Below are positions 12,201-26,300 of a stretch of 64,000 nucleotides of DNA, one piece after another. The DNA is taken from contig MU054925.1 in the NCBI GenBank assembly GCA_013239625.1, forward strand, positions 34,079,538 through 34,143,537, in the 5' to 3' direction. The stretch comes from Lama guanicoe. Lineage: Eukaryota. Each line of letters starts with the position of its first letter. Position 1 is the stretch's first letter. The translations under genes were made by a program, and so were the position numbers. The notes below the pieces were generated by a model. It saw only the letters and a program-made list of their open reading frames with translations. It did not search any database and was not told the DNA's origin.

Positions 12201-13893
12201 GTGATGTGCTGTTCATGTATTCCGGACACCGGGCCAGCTCTCCAGGGACAACGGCGCGTGGGGGCTGCCGGGAGGGCGGCAGGCTCGCCCAACCAGGCCT
12301 GCGACCCTCCCTCCCCAGCCCCCCTGAGACGGGGCTGGTGCGCAGCACGTGTGAGCCCAGGTGTGCGCGTGAGGGTCTGACTCAGACACGGTGCGCCGAC
12401 GACCACGGAGCTGAGTGTACATCTGCCGCCCAACGCAGACGCAAAAGAAAAGGAAAGAACTCTTCCCTCGTGACGAGGCCTCTTAGGGTCGTCTCCCTTA
12501 GCAGCTTCCCTGCAGCTCGTACAGCGTGGTAACCACAGTCACCGGGCCGGGCACCGCGACCCAGGACTTATTTACCTTGTAACTGGAACATCTGTGCTCC
12601 TTTTGACTGAAAACGACACTTTCTCCACCAAGACAGTGGTGGAGGGGAGGCCACTACTCGGGGAGGCAGGGCGTTCTCCCCGGGGACCCTCATTTCCTGC
12701 TCTGAATCCACCTGTAAACGGATCCCCCCGGGGGAGAAGCACCAGTTCTCAGGCAGCCCCGTGAGCAGCTGCCCTGTGAGCGGGACGCAGCACACACACC
12801 CAGAAGCAGCGAGCCGGGACACAGCCTCGGCTTCACTCCAGGCGCAGAGGCATCCAGGCCCTGACGCAGAGCTGCGTGCTGAGTGGAGCAGAGGCGCGCA
12901 GCCAGGGGAGTGCGGAGGGCCCCGTGCCGCGGCCGGACCGGGCCTCAGACTCGCCCCGCACTGAGGAGAGGGTGCTGGGCCTTCTCACCCTGCACTCTGG
13001 GCGTGGAGGGCGTCCTGGCAGAGGCAGCTCCTGCCGCGGCTCGGCTCTCTGACGGCTGGGGACTGAGAGCCTGCGGCTCAGGGCGCTGGCCGGAGCTGCC
13101 TGGTCCAGCCCTGCCGCCTCTCCGGCCCCACCTCCCCCACTTTCCTCTCTTGCCCATTTTGCTCAACGTGGCCAGGACAGAAGCAGGCAGGGCTCTCCGC
13201 GATGGGGCTTCAAGAGGCTGACAGGTGTGTCAGGAGCAATTCCGTACTCCAGAGTCAAAGTTCAGTCTAACAGAGAATCAGGCTTGGACACCAAGGCGAG
13301 GGCCACTGCCTCCACAAGCACACACGAGACACTGTACAGGTACAGTCCTCGTGCAGGCGTGTCGGGGGAGGAGGATGGGGCTGGCGCACTCCCAGGTCCT
13401 TCCTCCACATCACTGCCGACGAGACCTGCTCACCCTGTCGAACAGCGAGAACACCCACGGGGAATGTACCTCTGCTGTCTGAGGGGACACCAGCTGTCCC
13501 CAGTTATTCACTACAACAGTTGTCCAGAACGCAGCTGGCCAAAGACACAGTGCAAAAGGGAAGGTGGACAACTGTCCTGCACAGGGGTGCTCAGGAAGAC
13601 GGTCACAGAGGACGTGCTCAGTGTTCAGGTTTCCCAGGACCTGGGTGGCCAGTCCACAGTCATGAAGACAAAGCCAGAGGGGTCCAAGACGCCACAGCCA
13701 AGAACGCAGGCCTGGAGGGCAAAGCTGGCGTGGACAGTGTAGACAGGACATCACTGGTCAAGAACAGGCCTTAAGGACACAGCCAGTGGCAGCAGTCCAG
13801 ACGGCTGTGCGGGACACCCACGCCCTGGTACCCTTGACAGAAAGTCGTCCTTGAGGTCGGCACCATGTGTGCTTGGGCTAGAAGTGGGCTGTG

Positions 13894-14057
13894 NNNNNNN
13901 NNNNNNNNNNNNNNNNNNNNNNNNNNNNNNNNNNNNNNNNNNNNNNNNNNNNNNNNNNNNNNNNNNNNNNNNNNNNNNNNNNNNNNNNNNNNNNNNNNNN
14001 NNNNNNNNNNNNNNNNNNNNNNNNNNNNNNNNNNNNNNNNNNNNNNNNNNNNNNNNN
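13894..14057. other. Assembly gap (N run)
   Basis: N run. Confidence 0.99.
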
Positions 14058-14859
14058 CTCACTCTTTCCGTTGAAATGGAGTTAATTTTCACTGAAATTG
14101 CTTCTCAGCAGACGAACACATTCCCCATCATCGAGGGCTTACGCTTCTGCAGCTCTATTATTCCTTAATTCACACACCCGGGCAGCACGGGATCCTCGCC
14201 CCAGACAGAGTCCGCTGCAAGGTGGAGGGACAAAGAGGCAGGGAGGCAGCACCTGCTCAGCCCCACGCTGGCGCCCGGTCATTAATCATCCCATAGTCCA
14301 CACAGGCGAGCCCCTGCGTGCCCAGCTCTGTGCCCAGCACAGCAAGGTGGGGCAAGGAGAAGGGATGTGACTCCCACCTTCAAAGAACTCGGTGTATTTG
14401 GAAAGATGAGATTTATACATGAGACTCAGGATGAACTGACCTCAGGCTTCAGCCCTGGTCCAGGCTGTGAGAGGATGAACCCACCTCCTGATGGGACCTG
14501 AGAAAAGAAGAGAATGGCCCTTGCAGGGGACCTGCTCTGGAGGAGCCCTAAGGCTTCTGGTGAACTTCGGGACGGGCTACAAGAGTGGGCAGGGTGTGAC
14601 ACTGAGTGCAGGGGTCCAGAGGGGTGAAAGACACTGAGGGCACTTTCAAGAGGAGGTCAGGCCAGGGGCAAAGGCCCAGACTGGGGTCAAAGCCATGATG
14701 ATCAAGCCAGCGTCTGAGGTATAAAGGGGCTCAAAGGTGAGATCAGGGCCAGAGGGAGGGTGGGCGTGGGCGGGAACCAGGCCTGTGCTCAGCACCACGG
14801 AGAGCTCCAGCAGCCGCTGGTGCAGGGAGCTTCCACCGCCAGTGGGCATAGATGTTCAG

Positions 14860-15330
14860 CTCCCACTTGGGTAAGAGGATATGTGTAAGCCCATATTCTT
14901 CAATTCAGCCTTGGCTGGAAAGCATAACTGAAGCAGAAGTTGTGGGCTTTGCCTCGCAGTTAATGAAGAACCTCGGAAAAAATGGGAATCTGTTGACACA
15001 GATGCTTTGAGAAGACAAGCGATGAGCTAGCCATTACATCTTGTTACATGGATTAGGAGAGCGCTGGGGAATATCTGCATACCAGTTACCATAAAATTTA
15101 AGTTCAGTCTATACTCATTTTATGTCTCGCCTTCAGAAAGTTGAGCTTCTGCCTACATCTGTTTGCTAAGAAGATCTATTTTCCTGTAATACTGAAAATT
15201 TTGTCATAATAGTTTCAAAAAGTGTCGACTTGTAACATTGAGATTAAAAATGTTTATTAGAAAAAAGCTGCATTTGTTAAAGTGTTTGTGCAAGGAAAGC
15301 GTTCATGCAAAGTTACGGATTTACCTTGAT
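14860..15330 (+). mobile_element. Possible ancient DNA-transposon (hAT-like) coding fossil
   Basis: AT-rich island with the broken reading SIQPWLESITEAEVVGFASQLMKNL; the family assignment is tentative. Confidence 0.3.
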
Positions 15331-15849
15331 GATAGTTAACCCACTACTTCCCTCACTAGTCCAGCAAACCACAGTCGACTCACAGCGTGAGACAATGCAA
15401 GCTCCTCACTGTTGGGAATGCAATGAAACGCACACTTCCATGTGAGACACATTTGCAAGGACAGCTAAATGGCTCTGACGCACTCACTTTTAAACCCCCT
15501 ATATAACCTTTGCTCATGGAGGGACACGGGTGCCTGGCGCCAGGCTCAGGAATTGCACACCCGATCCTGCCCCAGGCAGAGGTGGCTGTCTTGCCGTCTG
15601 TGACCCAGCTCAGGCTTGAAGCCCCATCCCCGGAGCCCTGGCCCCCGGGGGCACACAGCTCCAACTTTACTCACTTGTACTGAGTTGTTCCTGTGTCCAC
15701 CACCTGAAAGGTTCAGGTTTTGCTGTAGAGCTGAGCCAGGCTCTCAAAACATAAGGAAGCATCTGAGCACCCCCCACTTCCAGGGTGCAGGTGGGGGTTC
15801 TGCCATTGGACTTTGACCTACCAGTCCCATTTTTAACCCCTGGCTGGTT

Positions 15850-18800
15850 GGCTGCTTGGCACCAGTCAAGACTGTGAGCCTTCTCCAAGCCCAGCACAAA
15901 GCCGGACTTACTAGTGTTTGTCAAATTGGTGAACAAATGGATGGATGAATTTCTAAAAGTCAAAAAAGCGGAAGAGTGGGCCAGTTTGGATTGTGAAGAG
16001 GAACAAAGGAAACCTGAGTCACGCTGGGTCTCGGGGCCGGTGAGGAGGGCTCTCGCGTGCGGGTGCCCATCCCAGCTCACAGACCAGCAGGAACAGAGGT
16101 TCCTTCGGGCCAGCCACAAGCTGCCCTCCACTGGCAGCCCTCCCCAGTGTCGGTGGCCATTGCGGGGAACTTTTGATCTCCCCAAATTTGTTTTTCTCAG
16201 AACTAAACTTGGCGCTCACAGCTGTAAAATCAAGCAAACTGAATAAGATGCCTATTTCAACTGGTACCTTGTAGCTGCTGAGCACATTAAGGACTCCGAA
16301 ATTGCCTCTTTACGAAGTGCTGCTTCTAGACGGCCCGAGGTAGACCAACAACTGAACGAGAGAAAAAGGCACCAGAGCCCCCATCCCCCTCGCCCCTGAC
16401 CGAACAGCCTCCTGCTCCCCACTGTGCCCCCTCTGACCCCCACTTCCCGACTCCAGCTTTCCCGCTGAACCCTCCATTTCCCTGAGCCCCTCCCTGAACC
16501 ACTGCACATCTGAACTCGCCAGAACTTGCCCCTTTAAATCAGACCCTCTGAGGGTCCTAATGCTAAGCCCCTGATTTCCCCCGTCCCCGGGAATAACATC
16601 AAACAATGAGCCACAAAGAGTTTCCTAGAGTTCCTGACGCTGCTCACAGGTTTGCTGAGGAATTTCACTCGGCCGCCCAGACTGACCAGCCGGGCTTCTC
16701 AGAGTTAGGCCATCAGTTCACACACTTGGTGAAGGAGGCCAAGGCTGACACCGGATGGAAACAGCCGACTGGAAAGGCCCTGAACCGTCTCTGCAGCTGC
16801 AGGTGGGGCCACCCCGCCTGGCTGCAGGGTTCAGGGCCAGCAACCCCCAGGTGGCCTCAGCCGGCAGCCCCTAGTACTTTCCCCAAACCGGCGGTCGGAG
16901 TAAGACTTCGCGTGGCACTCAGAAGCCCAGGGAGCCTGTGTGCAGCTGACTGCAAGTTGTTTCTAAGGAGAGCTGTGGTCTCTCAAGGATGTCAGATCCA
17001 CTCGGGCAGCCTTCAGCTCTGTGTTCCTTAGTGGGCCAAGCCAGGACTTTCTCTCTTGGCTAAGAGAACCAGAATAGAATGGGAAACTAGGTCCACTCCA
17101 GACTTAATCTGGCAAACCCATTAGCCCACACTCCAGATGATTCTACTAAGAAAAGGACCGTTACAACCCTTAATATCCAACTTCGACAGATGGAGTCCCC
17201 TCAGCAGAGCCCGCCCAGCCTGTGTCACTGCCGGACGAAGCCAGGACGCCGGGAGAAGGACAGCTACAAACCAGGACGCCGCAGGCACCTGCAGTCACCC
17301 AGTGTCCTCCCGCCTCCCAGGGCCGGGACTCCAAGCTCCCCTCTTCATCGGCTCCGAGAAACAGCTCTTCAGACTGGGGAGGATTCCTGCCCGTCTCTGT
17401 GGGTCCTGGCGCCACTCTCAGGGCTCAGCCCCACTGCTAGGGAACAGCCCTTGCCTCGGGGCACGGAGACGATTCCAGCAGTCGGGTCTCCAGCCAACGT
17501 TGGCAAGTCACGGACCAAGACCCTGGATCAGTGATGCTCAGTGCCCTTCCCCACAGGGCTGAACACGTCCTTCTGCCCAGACGAGGGGGCAAAGCGAGGG
17601 GCAGGCGGACATGCTGTTCAAAGCGCTGCCTGCTGTGCAGACCTCCACGTTGCTTTCCCAGGGAAAGAATTCTCAGCAGACACTCACAGGCTGATGGCAC
17701 TACACGGGGAGACGCTGGCTCCTCGGCTGGTGCCATGCTCCCAAAATACAGTCCGGGAAACCAGTCCACACTGCTCCCTCCCAGGCACTACAAATCGCGC
17801 TTAAGTTTGGGCAAGTGGGTTTCGCTGAGCTGCCCCACCTCATGGCATGAATACGTCTTGGTAATGATTTGCATGTTTCCTCATTGGGCCGAAGCTTTTC
17901 CATGTAGACAGGCCCCTGCCCCTCCCGTGGCTAAGATCCCATTGGAAAGGACTGTTCCTCCCTGGGGAACCCCTCCCAGTGAACATCACAGTGATCGGGG
18001 AGCCCCCTTTACCGGCCAAGTGCTACAACGAGCCTGTGCCACTCGGCCAGGTCCACATCTGTGTCTACAACACTTTCACTGCGTGTATCACCCCAGTCTT
18101 CAGGACCAGTCAAATGCACCAACAGCATCACTGAAATTCAGTGGGCAGACTTTGTAGAGGCTCTTCAAGAACTCTGGCCAAAAGCATTGGAACCCACAAA
18201 CTCTGGTCCCTGCCTCTTTTTCCCCCTTAACAGAGGCACCGGGCATTGAACCCAGGGCCCCGTGCACACCAACCATGCTCTCCACCACCGAGCCGTGCCC
18301 CCCCGACCCCAAGCCCCCGCCTCTTTGGATCACAGCTGACAAAAGGAGATATGCTTCAATATCACAAGGACATGGCTGTGTCCACTGACAGGAGCCACAC
18401 ATCGGCGGGACGATCTTTCCATCCTGCACTCCCGGGAGATGAAGACCTTGGGCATCACACCTTGTAGCCCAGATCCTGTCAACTGGAAGAGACACCTTCA
18501 GAAAGACCCTTCAGCTCCAGGCACTGCTGACCACTCTGGTGCCGCCACACTCCAAGGAGCAGGCTCTGGGTCCACGTGTCTCATCTAAAGGAGGCGCCAC
18601 GCCCTGACTGGACCTGCATGCCAGCTGGAGCGCTTCCTCACAACCAAAAGCAAAGACTTCCAGGAACCGAAGCAGATGGCAGCTGGAGGAGACAGCTCTC
18701 CCAGGGTGACTGGACCAGAGCTGCGCGTTTCCCCCACTGTTACTTCTCACCTTATTTTCTCCCTTTCTTTCTTAGGAAGACAACACTCTTATCTGTTTTT

Positions 18801-19913
18801 ACCAATCTGCCGCCAAAAGGGGGACCCTTTTGATTATTGGATTTGTCACCAGAAACCCCAATCTGTCCACGACAGCTGTGACCCTCTATGATGTCTGAAA
18901 GCACGCTGTCTGTAACAGAATAAGCTCTCTCTGTGCAGCCTTTGGGGACAAAGTCCACAGAACAGGATGGTTTCTCCCTAAATAATCCGCAGACACCACT
19001 GACCCTTGGCTCCAGAAGGCAAGTTGGCAGATCCCAGTGAACGGCACTATTGATAATCAAATGTGCACCACCTGGTTTATCTTTGTGGTGAATGGAGCTC
19101 TCAGTGGGCCCACGAACGTTTGGACAGCTGGCACTGGGAGGCCAGCGTTGACTGGGGTATTTGACTGTCCCTGTTGGTACCCATAGTTCCCATTGGTCTT
19201 TCCCACTAAACCTTCACAAGTGTCCTAAACACATGACTCTGAGTTGCGTCCATAGGGAGAGCCTCCCGCTGTGAGCTGGAGTAAGTGCCCGCGAGTGTCT
19301 GATCAGAAGCCCCCCCACCATCAGGACAGCAGCAGCCCAACGGTGTCACCTGACTCGTGGCTGGAGCAGCTCTGGACAATGGCACAGCTGCACGCGGAGG
19401 CACACACCGCCTGCTGCGCCTGGACGGGCACCTCCGGAGGAGCAGAAACTCAGCCACACTCGATCAGGGAACAAGCACACTGCTACGTGTTCAGTGAGCT
19501 CCCTTCAGGTCTGGGGCCATGGTTTAGAGCCATCGTACACTCTGAATCTGTCATTTCACTTTTAATTCTGCTTTGCATAACTATTTTAAAACTTTGTCCT
19601 TGTTGCCTGTCAAAGCCCTGCAGAGATAGCGATGTCGGCTCCGCACTCTGAGATGACCATCAACGCTTACAACCTTCACAAGATGTGGTCCTAAGGGTGA
19701 CAATGCCCGAGGGTCCCCCTCTACCTTCCTTGTTGCTCAAGTGTGGCCTCACATGGTTTCTGGTCACTATGCACTTTCCCCTCTGATGGGGGTCATGACA
19801 TCTAGGAAAGGTCCTTTTTGGCACCAAGGGACAAAACATAATTCCACTAACGCTGGACAGCCCGACTCCATCAGTGATGATTTCAAGGAACACTCTCGAC
19901 CAAAAGGGGGAAA
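15850..19913 (+). mobile_element. Decayed ERV1-class provirus internal region (gag, pol/integrase and env remnants)
   Basis: Gag matrix-like WPLRGTFDLPK at ~16155; integrase core YVLVMICMFPHWAEAFPCR...WGTP..HSDRGAPFTGQV at ~17850-18030; Env TM-like CCAWTGTSGGAETQPHSIREQA plus a hydrophobic helix at ~19410-19600; polypurine tract AAAAGGGGGAAA at 19902-19913. Confidence 0.85.
18218..18310 (-). mobile_element. tRNA-derived SINE inserted in ERV pol
   Basis: The reverse complement reads gcacggctcggtggtggagagcatggttggtgtgcacggggccctgggttcaatgcccggtgcctc; flanked by ccc(t)gcctcttt on both sides. Confidence 0.75.
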
Positions 19914-20243
19914 TGTGGAAACAAAGCAAAAAAACCTAAATCAAACTGGCGCTGGGAAGCCACGAAGAGGCTGCCACACCCACACCCGTCACCACGGCTC
20001 ACAGACGCAGCAGGAAGAACAGAGGGCTCCTCCTGGCCCGGCAACAAGCTGCCCGCTGCTTGCCGCCGGTGAAGAGCTGCCACAGCCGACCCCAGCCTCC
20101 TCCCGAGGCCTGGCGCGAGCCTGCCTTCCCCGCACCCCCCGGACTGCCTGTGGTTGGCCAGCGTTCACTCCTTGCCTGCAGTTCCTCTGCTGTTCCTGAA
20201 TAAATCGATCTTGTCTAGCTGAGACCTCATTATTTTATCTTCA
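19914..20243 (+). mobile_element. 3' LTR of the ERV1 provirus (end approximate)
   Basis: TGT immediately after the PPT, AATAAA at ~20199 and a terminal ...CA. Confidence 0.7.
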
Positions 20244-23200
20244 GACTTTACTGGATTTAGGCCCCCGGGGAGGAAAATGTCTGAAATCCAGGCGATGAAC
20301 CCCTGGCATCAGGGACAGGAGGAAGGCGGTCAGCTGGGAACTAATTTACCCAAAGTCTTATACGGCTCCACTTGGGCCCACGGCTGCCCGACACATAATC
20401 AGCCCAAACCTGGACGATGTGACAGGATGGGGGGAGTCTGACCAACTGACCCCGGGGGCCTCCACTTGTTCTTGAGGACAGGAGAGGCCGCCTGGCCGCC
20501 TAGACTCTCTCCAGTGTGTGGACCTGAAATCAGTCGGACTCGCACTGCACTTCGGGGACCTGCGGCGGTGGGCAGGTGACTCAACCCCTGGAGTTGTCTC
20601 CTCAGCTGTGAAATTGGGACAAGAAGGGTGCAGCCCCATCGGGACATGAGATGACTAGACACTCTGCACTGCGTTTGGCACTGAGGAGGCACTAACAGAG
20701 CCATTAGCCTGTCGAGCAAGTGACACCAGCTGCCCCTCCACCAGCAGCAGCAGCCTCAGCTGTCAACGGCATGGTGCAGGTGGCACGGTCACCACAAAGA
20801 CACGACTCACAGGCACTGGGTGGAACGATGCTTCACTCGGAGAGGACTCGGGGCAAGACCAGCTATGGCAGGGGATGCCGGTCCCTTGGGGCCAGCGGAT
20901 CTCGCCCGCAGCCCCAGCCGTGCAGGGCGATGGCCTGCTCGCACCCATCTCGTGCTGTGTCGGGAACAGATACAGCAACGGGGTCGGACAGGGCCAGACA
21001 ATGACACTCACGCTTCAGCAGAACAGAGAAGCAGAACACCTTGAGCCCAAACAGGGAAAGATACTGCCAGACTAAGAGACGTGCCAGGCTCCTCTCCACA
21101 GAAGGACCGTTCCAGGTGTGCACGACCTCGCCTCCCCTGCAAGGTCCCGGCAAGCTGGGCGCCCCTGGCTTTCCCAGCGAGCAGCGGGATGGCCAGTGTG
21201 GTCGCGGCGGCCATGGCTCCTCCTGGACCCCGCCCGCACCTCCTTCCCGCCTGCCTTGGTGGGAAGGTCTCCCGCAGACGCCGAGCACATACCCCACCTT
21301 GGCGCTTCCTTCATCTCTTTTGCTTGTTTGTTTCTCAGTGTTTATTATTTTCTGATTACAGAATTAATATACGTTCATGGTAAAAAAAAGAAAAAGCAAA
21401 AAGAAAAGAAAAATTCCTGAACATGCAAAAAAGTGGAAAGAACAGAATGAAAATCGCTCACAAGCCCGTCATTGCTGTTCATGCTCTGGACTGTTTCCTC
21501 GCAGCCTTTTCTATGAACGCACACAAGCATATTACAAACAACTCGGAGCCACATTATTCACAAGATCTTTAATGTACAATTTCACTTTACACCCCCCCCC
21601 GCAACATTACCACATGTTCTTTGAAAGCACATTTTTAATGCCTACATGATACTCCATGTTGGGAGTGACACGTTTTCACCATCCGAGTGTTGTAATTCCA
21701 GCAGATGTGATGTTCTGAGTCCCACATTCAGGTAGACGAGTAACGCCAGCATTTTGCATTTGTCTCTGTCTCTGCGTAATTCCACCCCGCGCCCCTCCCC
21801 CGCCAGGCAGGAACTCCGGTCTAGCCTTTTCCAGGGAAATTCAGTCCCCTGAGATTTCAAACCAGACCGTTTGCACTTCCCTTTTTTCCTCTTCTCCTGG
21901 TTGACTGCTCAGCTCCGTTCTTTTCTGTTTCTCAAAAGCAAAACCCTAAATGCCTCGGGACACGAAGCAGGTGTGGGGGCTGCAGCCAAGCAGGAGAAAG
22001 TCTCTGAGGCCCACGATGGGGGAGACCGTCCTCTCTGGGGGGCGGGCGGGGGCGCACCGGCAGTCACGGGACGGCTCACAAAATCCCTGAAGCAGCCCAC
22101 CGACCCCTGACAGGCGACGTCAGGCTCTGGGCTGGCTGGACCTCAGCACTTCTCGAACCTCCCCAGGCGGGCTGGAGAGCCAGCCATGGGCCCTGTGCTC
22201 GGCTGAGTGTGGCCCAGGAGCGGCTACGCTGCGGAACCTCAGACCCTGCACCTGGACGAGACCCTAGGTGGTTTCGATGCTCACTAACGTCTGAGTTTGC
22301 AGGGAAAGGGGTAGAGTGGTACAAGCCATTTCCACAGCCCTTGACCCCCGTTTGTACTGATGACGTAGGAGCAACAATAACCAGCTTTGAAGCTACGCCG
22401 AACGGGACCCCGTGGGAGATCTGTGCTGGGTCCCACGTGCCCAAGGGGCGGGGCGCGGCGGGGCGGCGCTGGCCTGGGGTCTACGGAAGGGACTGGGCAG
22501 GGCCAGCCGTCTGCGACCAGCTCACAGGACAAGGGAGGGGTGGCTGAGCCGCTGAGCTGAGGGGTTCGGGCTTGGAGAGTCGCCCCCTCCCAGAATGTGC
22601 AGGAAGGGGTGTGAGGGAGTGTGTCCACGGGCTGCCAGCAGACCCCTGGGAGGGCCCGAAGGACCGCATCCTGGCTGCCCCGAGGCCTGAGGGGACTCTG
22701 CACCCGGAAGCTGGGCCCCCAGACGCCTGGGGCCGCAGCCTCCCTAGGGGGACACCTGTCAGAGGAAGGGTTAGCCTGAAACATCTGGCGAGTTCCAGAA
22801 CATCCCAGGAAAGGAGAGGACTTCTCCGCTCCCAGCCTGGGGTTGGACGAGGTTGACAGGATGGCGGGGGAGCAGAGGGATGGGGGGCACAGAGCCTGGT
22901 TCCTGTTGGGTCTACCCGCTCCCAGCGCGCAGGTGTTCGGGTCCTGGGTTGACACACGGTTTGTGGTTTAGAGTGGCCGGGGGACCCTGTACCGCCGTCC
23001 CCACTACTCCAACCACTGCCATCCCATCGTCTGCCAGGACAGAGCAGGGCGGGGCCCGCCAGGGCTGGGGAGGCGAGGGTGGTGGGAGGAAGGTTCCCAA
23101 GCAGTGGCATCTCCAAGAGCCTGGTTACCCACAGCTCCCGCCCACCCACCAGGCGGGAAGTAAGGGAGGGGTTAAAATGCAGCAGAGCGGCCCCCTTACG

Positions 23201-23399
23201 CTGTGCAGGACGCAATGCAGCAGGGGGCGCATTGGAGCATCACACAAGCATTTACTCGTCCTGTCCGGAAAGGTTCACACGAGCGTGTTAGCAGGGAAGC
23301 CTTTGGGTCAGGGAATTGCGGGTAACTTTTATTTTAACTGTGGTGAGGTTTTATTTAACTACGCATCTGTTACAGCTTTTACATAGAATATGTATCACT

Positions 23400-26300
23400 T
23401 TGATAAAAACAACAGAATTTTTTTAGGCATCTCTCTCTGCAGTGGCATAAGGGACATTGTCATTTCTACTCACTCCCACCTCTTCTATAGCTCCCTGACG
23501 CTGGGCTCCTCCATCTGTCTGCGACGCACTGTGGTGCGAGCCGAGGGTCCGCCTGCCCCTCCCGGAGCGCTCAGCCCACGTCCCAGCCTCTCCTCTGATG
23601 CCCTGGCCTTCCTTCTTCTCTGTTCCTTGCCCCCCAGTCCCATGTCCATGCGTGTCGTGTGTGCAGCCGCAGCGCCTGTGAGGGCAGTTTTGGGGGCACT
23701 TCTCCACTTATCAGCTCAGTTCTCCCCCACATGCTCTTCCACACAAACTCCGGAGCTGCTCTGTCCAGTGTGAATTAAACATCACAGTGATTTAAGAAGA
23801 ATTTGCATATCTGAGCCTTCCCTTCGGGAACCTGGGAGCTTCTTCACATGTTTGCCTTCTTTAAGTCTAGCATCACCTTAAAAGTTTTTCCCTTTCCTGC
23901 AGTCTTCTTAGAAACATCTGTGGCCAAAGCAAAACTAACCTAATTAAAGTTTGCTTAAAAAGTAACAAATTGGAAGACACTTTCAACGGAGACAACCACA
24001 GCTATTCTCAGGGGAACATTCAAAGCCCTAAATATTTTCAACAGAAAGTAAGAAAAATGGAAACGGAAGCAGCGAAGACAACAGGAGGGCGGAAGCGGCA
24101 GCACGAGGAGTGGGATGAAAGGAGGGAACCAGAGGAGCTGGGGCGCGAGCCCCAGACCCAGCTCCCTGCTCCCCAGCCGGCAGCAGGCACACGCTCTTCC
24201 TTCTTTCCTGCAGTTTCCGCTCCGTGTTCCGACAGCTCTGTTGCTGGGTCCTGTACACGGAGGACTGTTAATTTCTTCTTGGAGAATTGACTCCTTTTTG
24301 TGCGGAACGTCCCTTTTCCTACTAACAATGTCCCCACTCTGCTTGAAGCCCATGTTACGTCGGTCTGGCCACGCCAGCTGTTGACGAGCATCTTACGGTG
24401 TCTTTCTGGTTTCATCCTTTGCCTTTGTGTCTGATGCAGATTTCTCATAAGCAACATTTGATCGGGCAAGACCTGGTTATTTAAATGTACCAGGAAAACA
24501 ATCCAAGCCTCTGGTCAAACCAAAGTGAAACGAAACAGAAGACTGAAAACAAACCAGCAGCAGCAGATCACTGCGCAAGCTGGAAAGCTTGGTTTCGGGA
24601 GGAGCTCCGCCTCCCAGGAGGCGAAAAGGAGGCGGAGCCTGAAGACGTACAGACTCACAACGCCATGGTTTTCCCGCAAGAATCTCAGTAACAAGGGCAT
24701 TTTGACTCAGTATGACGGTGTGGGTGTGAGGCCCCCACACACCTGACAGCGACTTCTCTGACGGCTTTAGGCTCCTTCCCTGTGAACTGCACCACCCCCA
24801 CCACAGAACGCGGTCTCCTCTCACTGCTGTCCCGCCTCACCACTCACTGTTATGAGGTTTAACTTTTAAGTTGTGTTTTAAATTTAATTAAAAAGGCATT
24901 TACACAAAGCAGCCGTGTTCCTTTTCTTCACCCTACTTCATCATCTCAAGAGTTCATGATCTTCCTAAAATTCCAGTGTCTCCCTCCCAGGATCCGCCTG
25001 CCTACTGCGTGTGTGACACTGAGCACGCTCCGCGTTTTCCCCCGTATGTCTCGTTGTCACTGTCTCCCCGGCATTAAACAGGGGCCCACGGAAGCAGGAT
25101 TCCCAGGCCGAGAATGACCTGGCGGGCAGTGGGCGCCCGCTGCACTTGCTGACGGGAAGTAAGCGAGCTGCTCAGGAGACGTGGAGCAGCGGTACAAGCA
25201 CACAAGGGCTTTACCCCAGTGCCCGGCACAGAGCTTCAAAGACGTCTGAGTGACAGGAGGGTCTTTGCTGTGCTACTGAGGTGGTTCCGGGTGGACCTAG
25301 AAATTGCCGGGTGATTCGGGGACTGGAGCTCTGAGCAGTCCAGCCTCTGGGAGGAGAGGGGACAGGCCCGCTCAAACCCGTGGCCGGTGATTTAATCAAC
25401 CGTGCCCACCTAACGAGACCCTGATAAAAACTCTGGAGATGAGGCGCGGCGGGCCTTCCTGGCAGGCAAACGTGGTGGTGGGTGGGGAGGGCGGCGCCCC
25501 GGTTCCACAGGAGCGTTGTGCGTCCCTTCATTTGTCTGTTCCCGTCTGCCCCCTTTGTGATAAACCTGTGACCCTCAGGACAGCTCCTGATGAGTCAGGG
25601 AGTTGCTCTATTGGCCCCGAGGGTCTCGGGAGCCCCTGACTGCAGGCGGTCGAGCAGAAGTGCCCATGGTGTGGGATGGGGCCATCCTGTTGGAGGCTCC
25701 TCCCTTAACCTGGGGGGTCTGACACTGACTCAGGGTCGTCAGGGTCAGGATTGCGTTGCAGTGCATCCATTTGGGGTAGAAGCGGAACATACATTTAAAA
25801 ATAAGTGTTTCAAGTTAAAAAGAAAGCAAGCTGGTTTAAAGAAAAATACTGCGTGGTGATGGCTGACGTGAGGGTCAAGGAAGCTCTCACGGGGTGGGAG
25901 ACCCCCAGGAGCCCAGCGATCGCAGGTCCCTGGTGTGCTGACGGCCGCCCATTAACAGGACAGAAAATGAAACAGACAGAGAACATTCATGCGTCACAAA
26001 CGCATCCTGTGCTGAACTCTATGCTGATAGATTTGAAACCCTGATGACTGGAAGATTTCTTTAAAAAAATGAGTGATCAAAACTGACTCAAGAAAAGGCA
26101 GAAAGCTGGAGCGCCCGGGAGCTGCGGCAGGAGACGGTAAACTCACAGAAGAGGGAAAATGACCTTCAGCGACGGCTCTGAAGTTCCGACAGCTTAGGGT
26201 TTGCTCCCCACAAACTGTGAGAGGACGGGCCAGTTCTTGGCTGCCTAGGCCCGGGGAGACCTCACTGAGGTGCCGCGGGCACTGTCCTTTCCTTGTTTGG

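Noticed and set aside
13227-13890. 171-aa plus-strand ORF or possible processed pseudogene
   Set aside because: No recognisable family, poly-A tail or TSD; truncated by a gap.
17531-18157. 208-aa ORF as a functional (domesticated) integrase
   Set aside because: Only part of the core is in frame; the flanks are frameshifted and a SINE is inserted just downstream.
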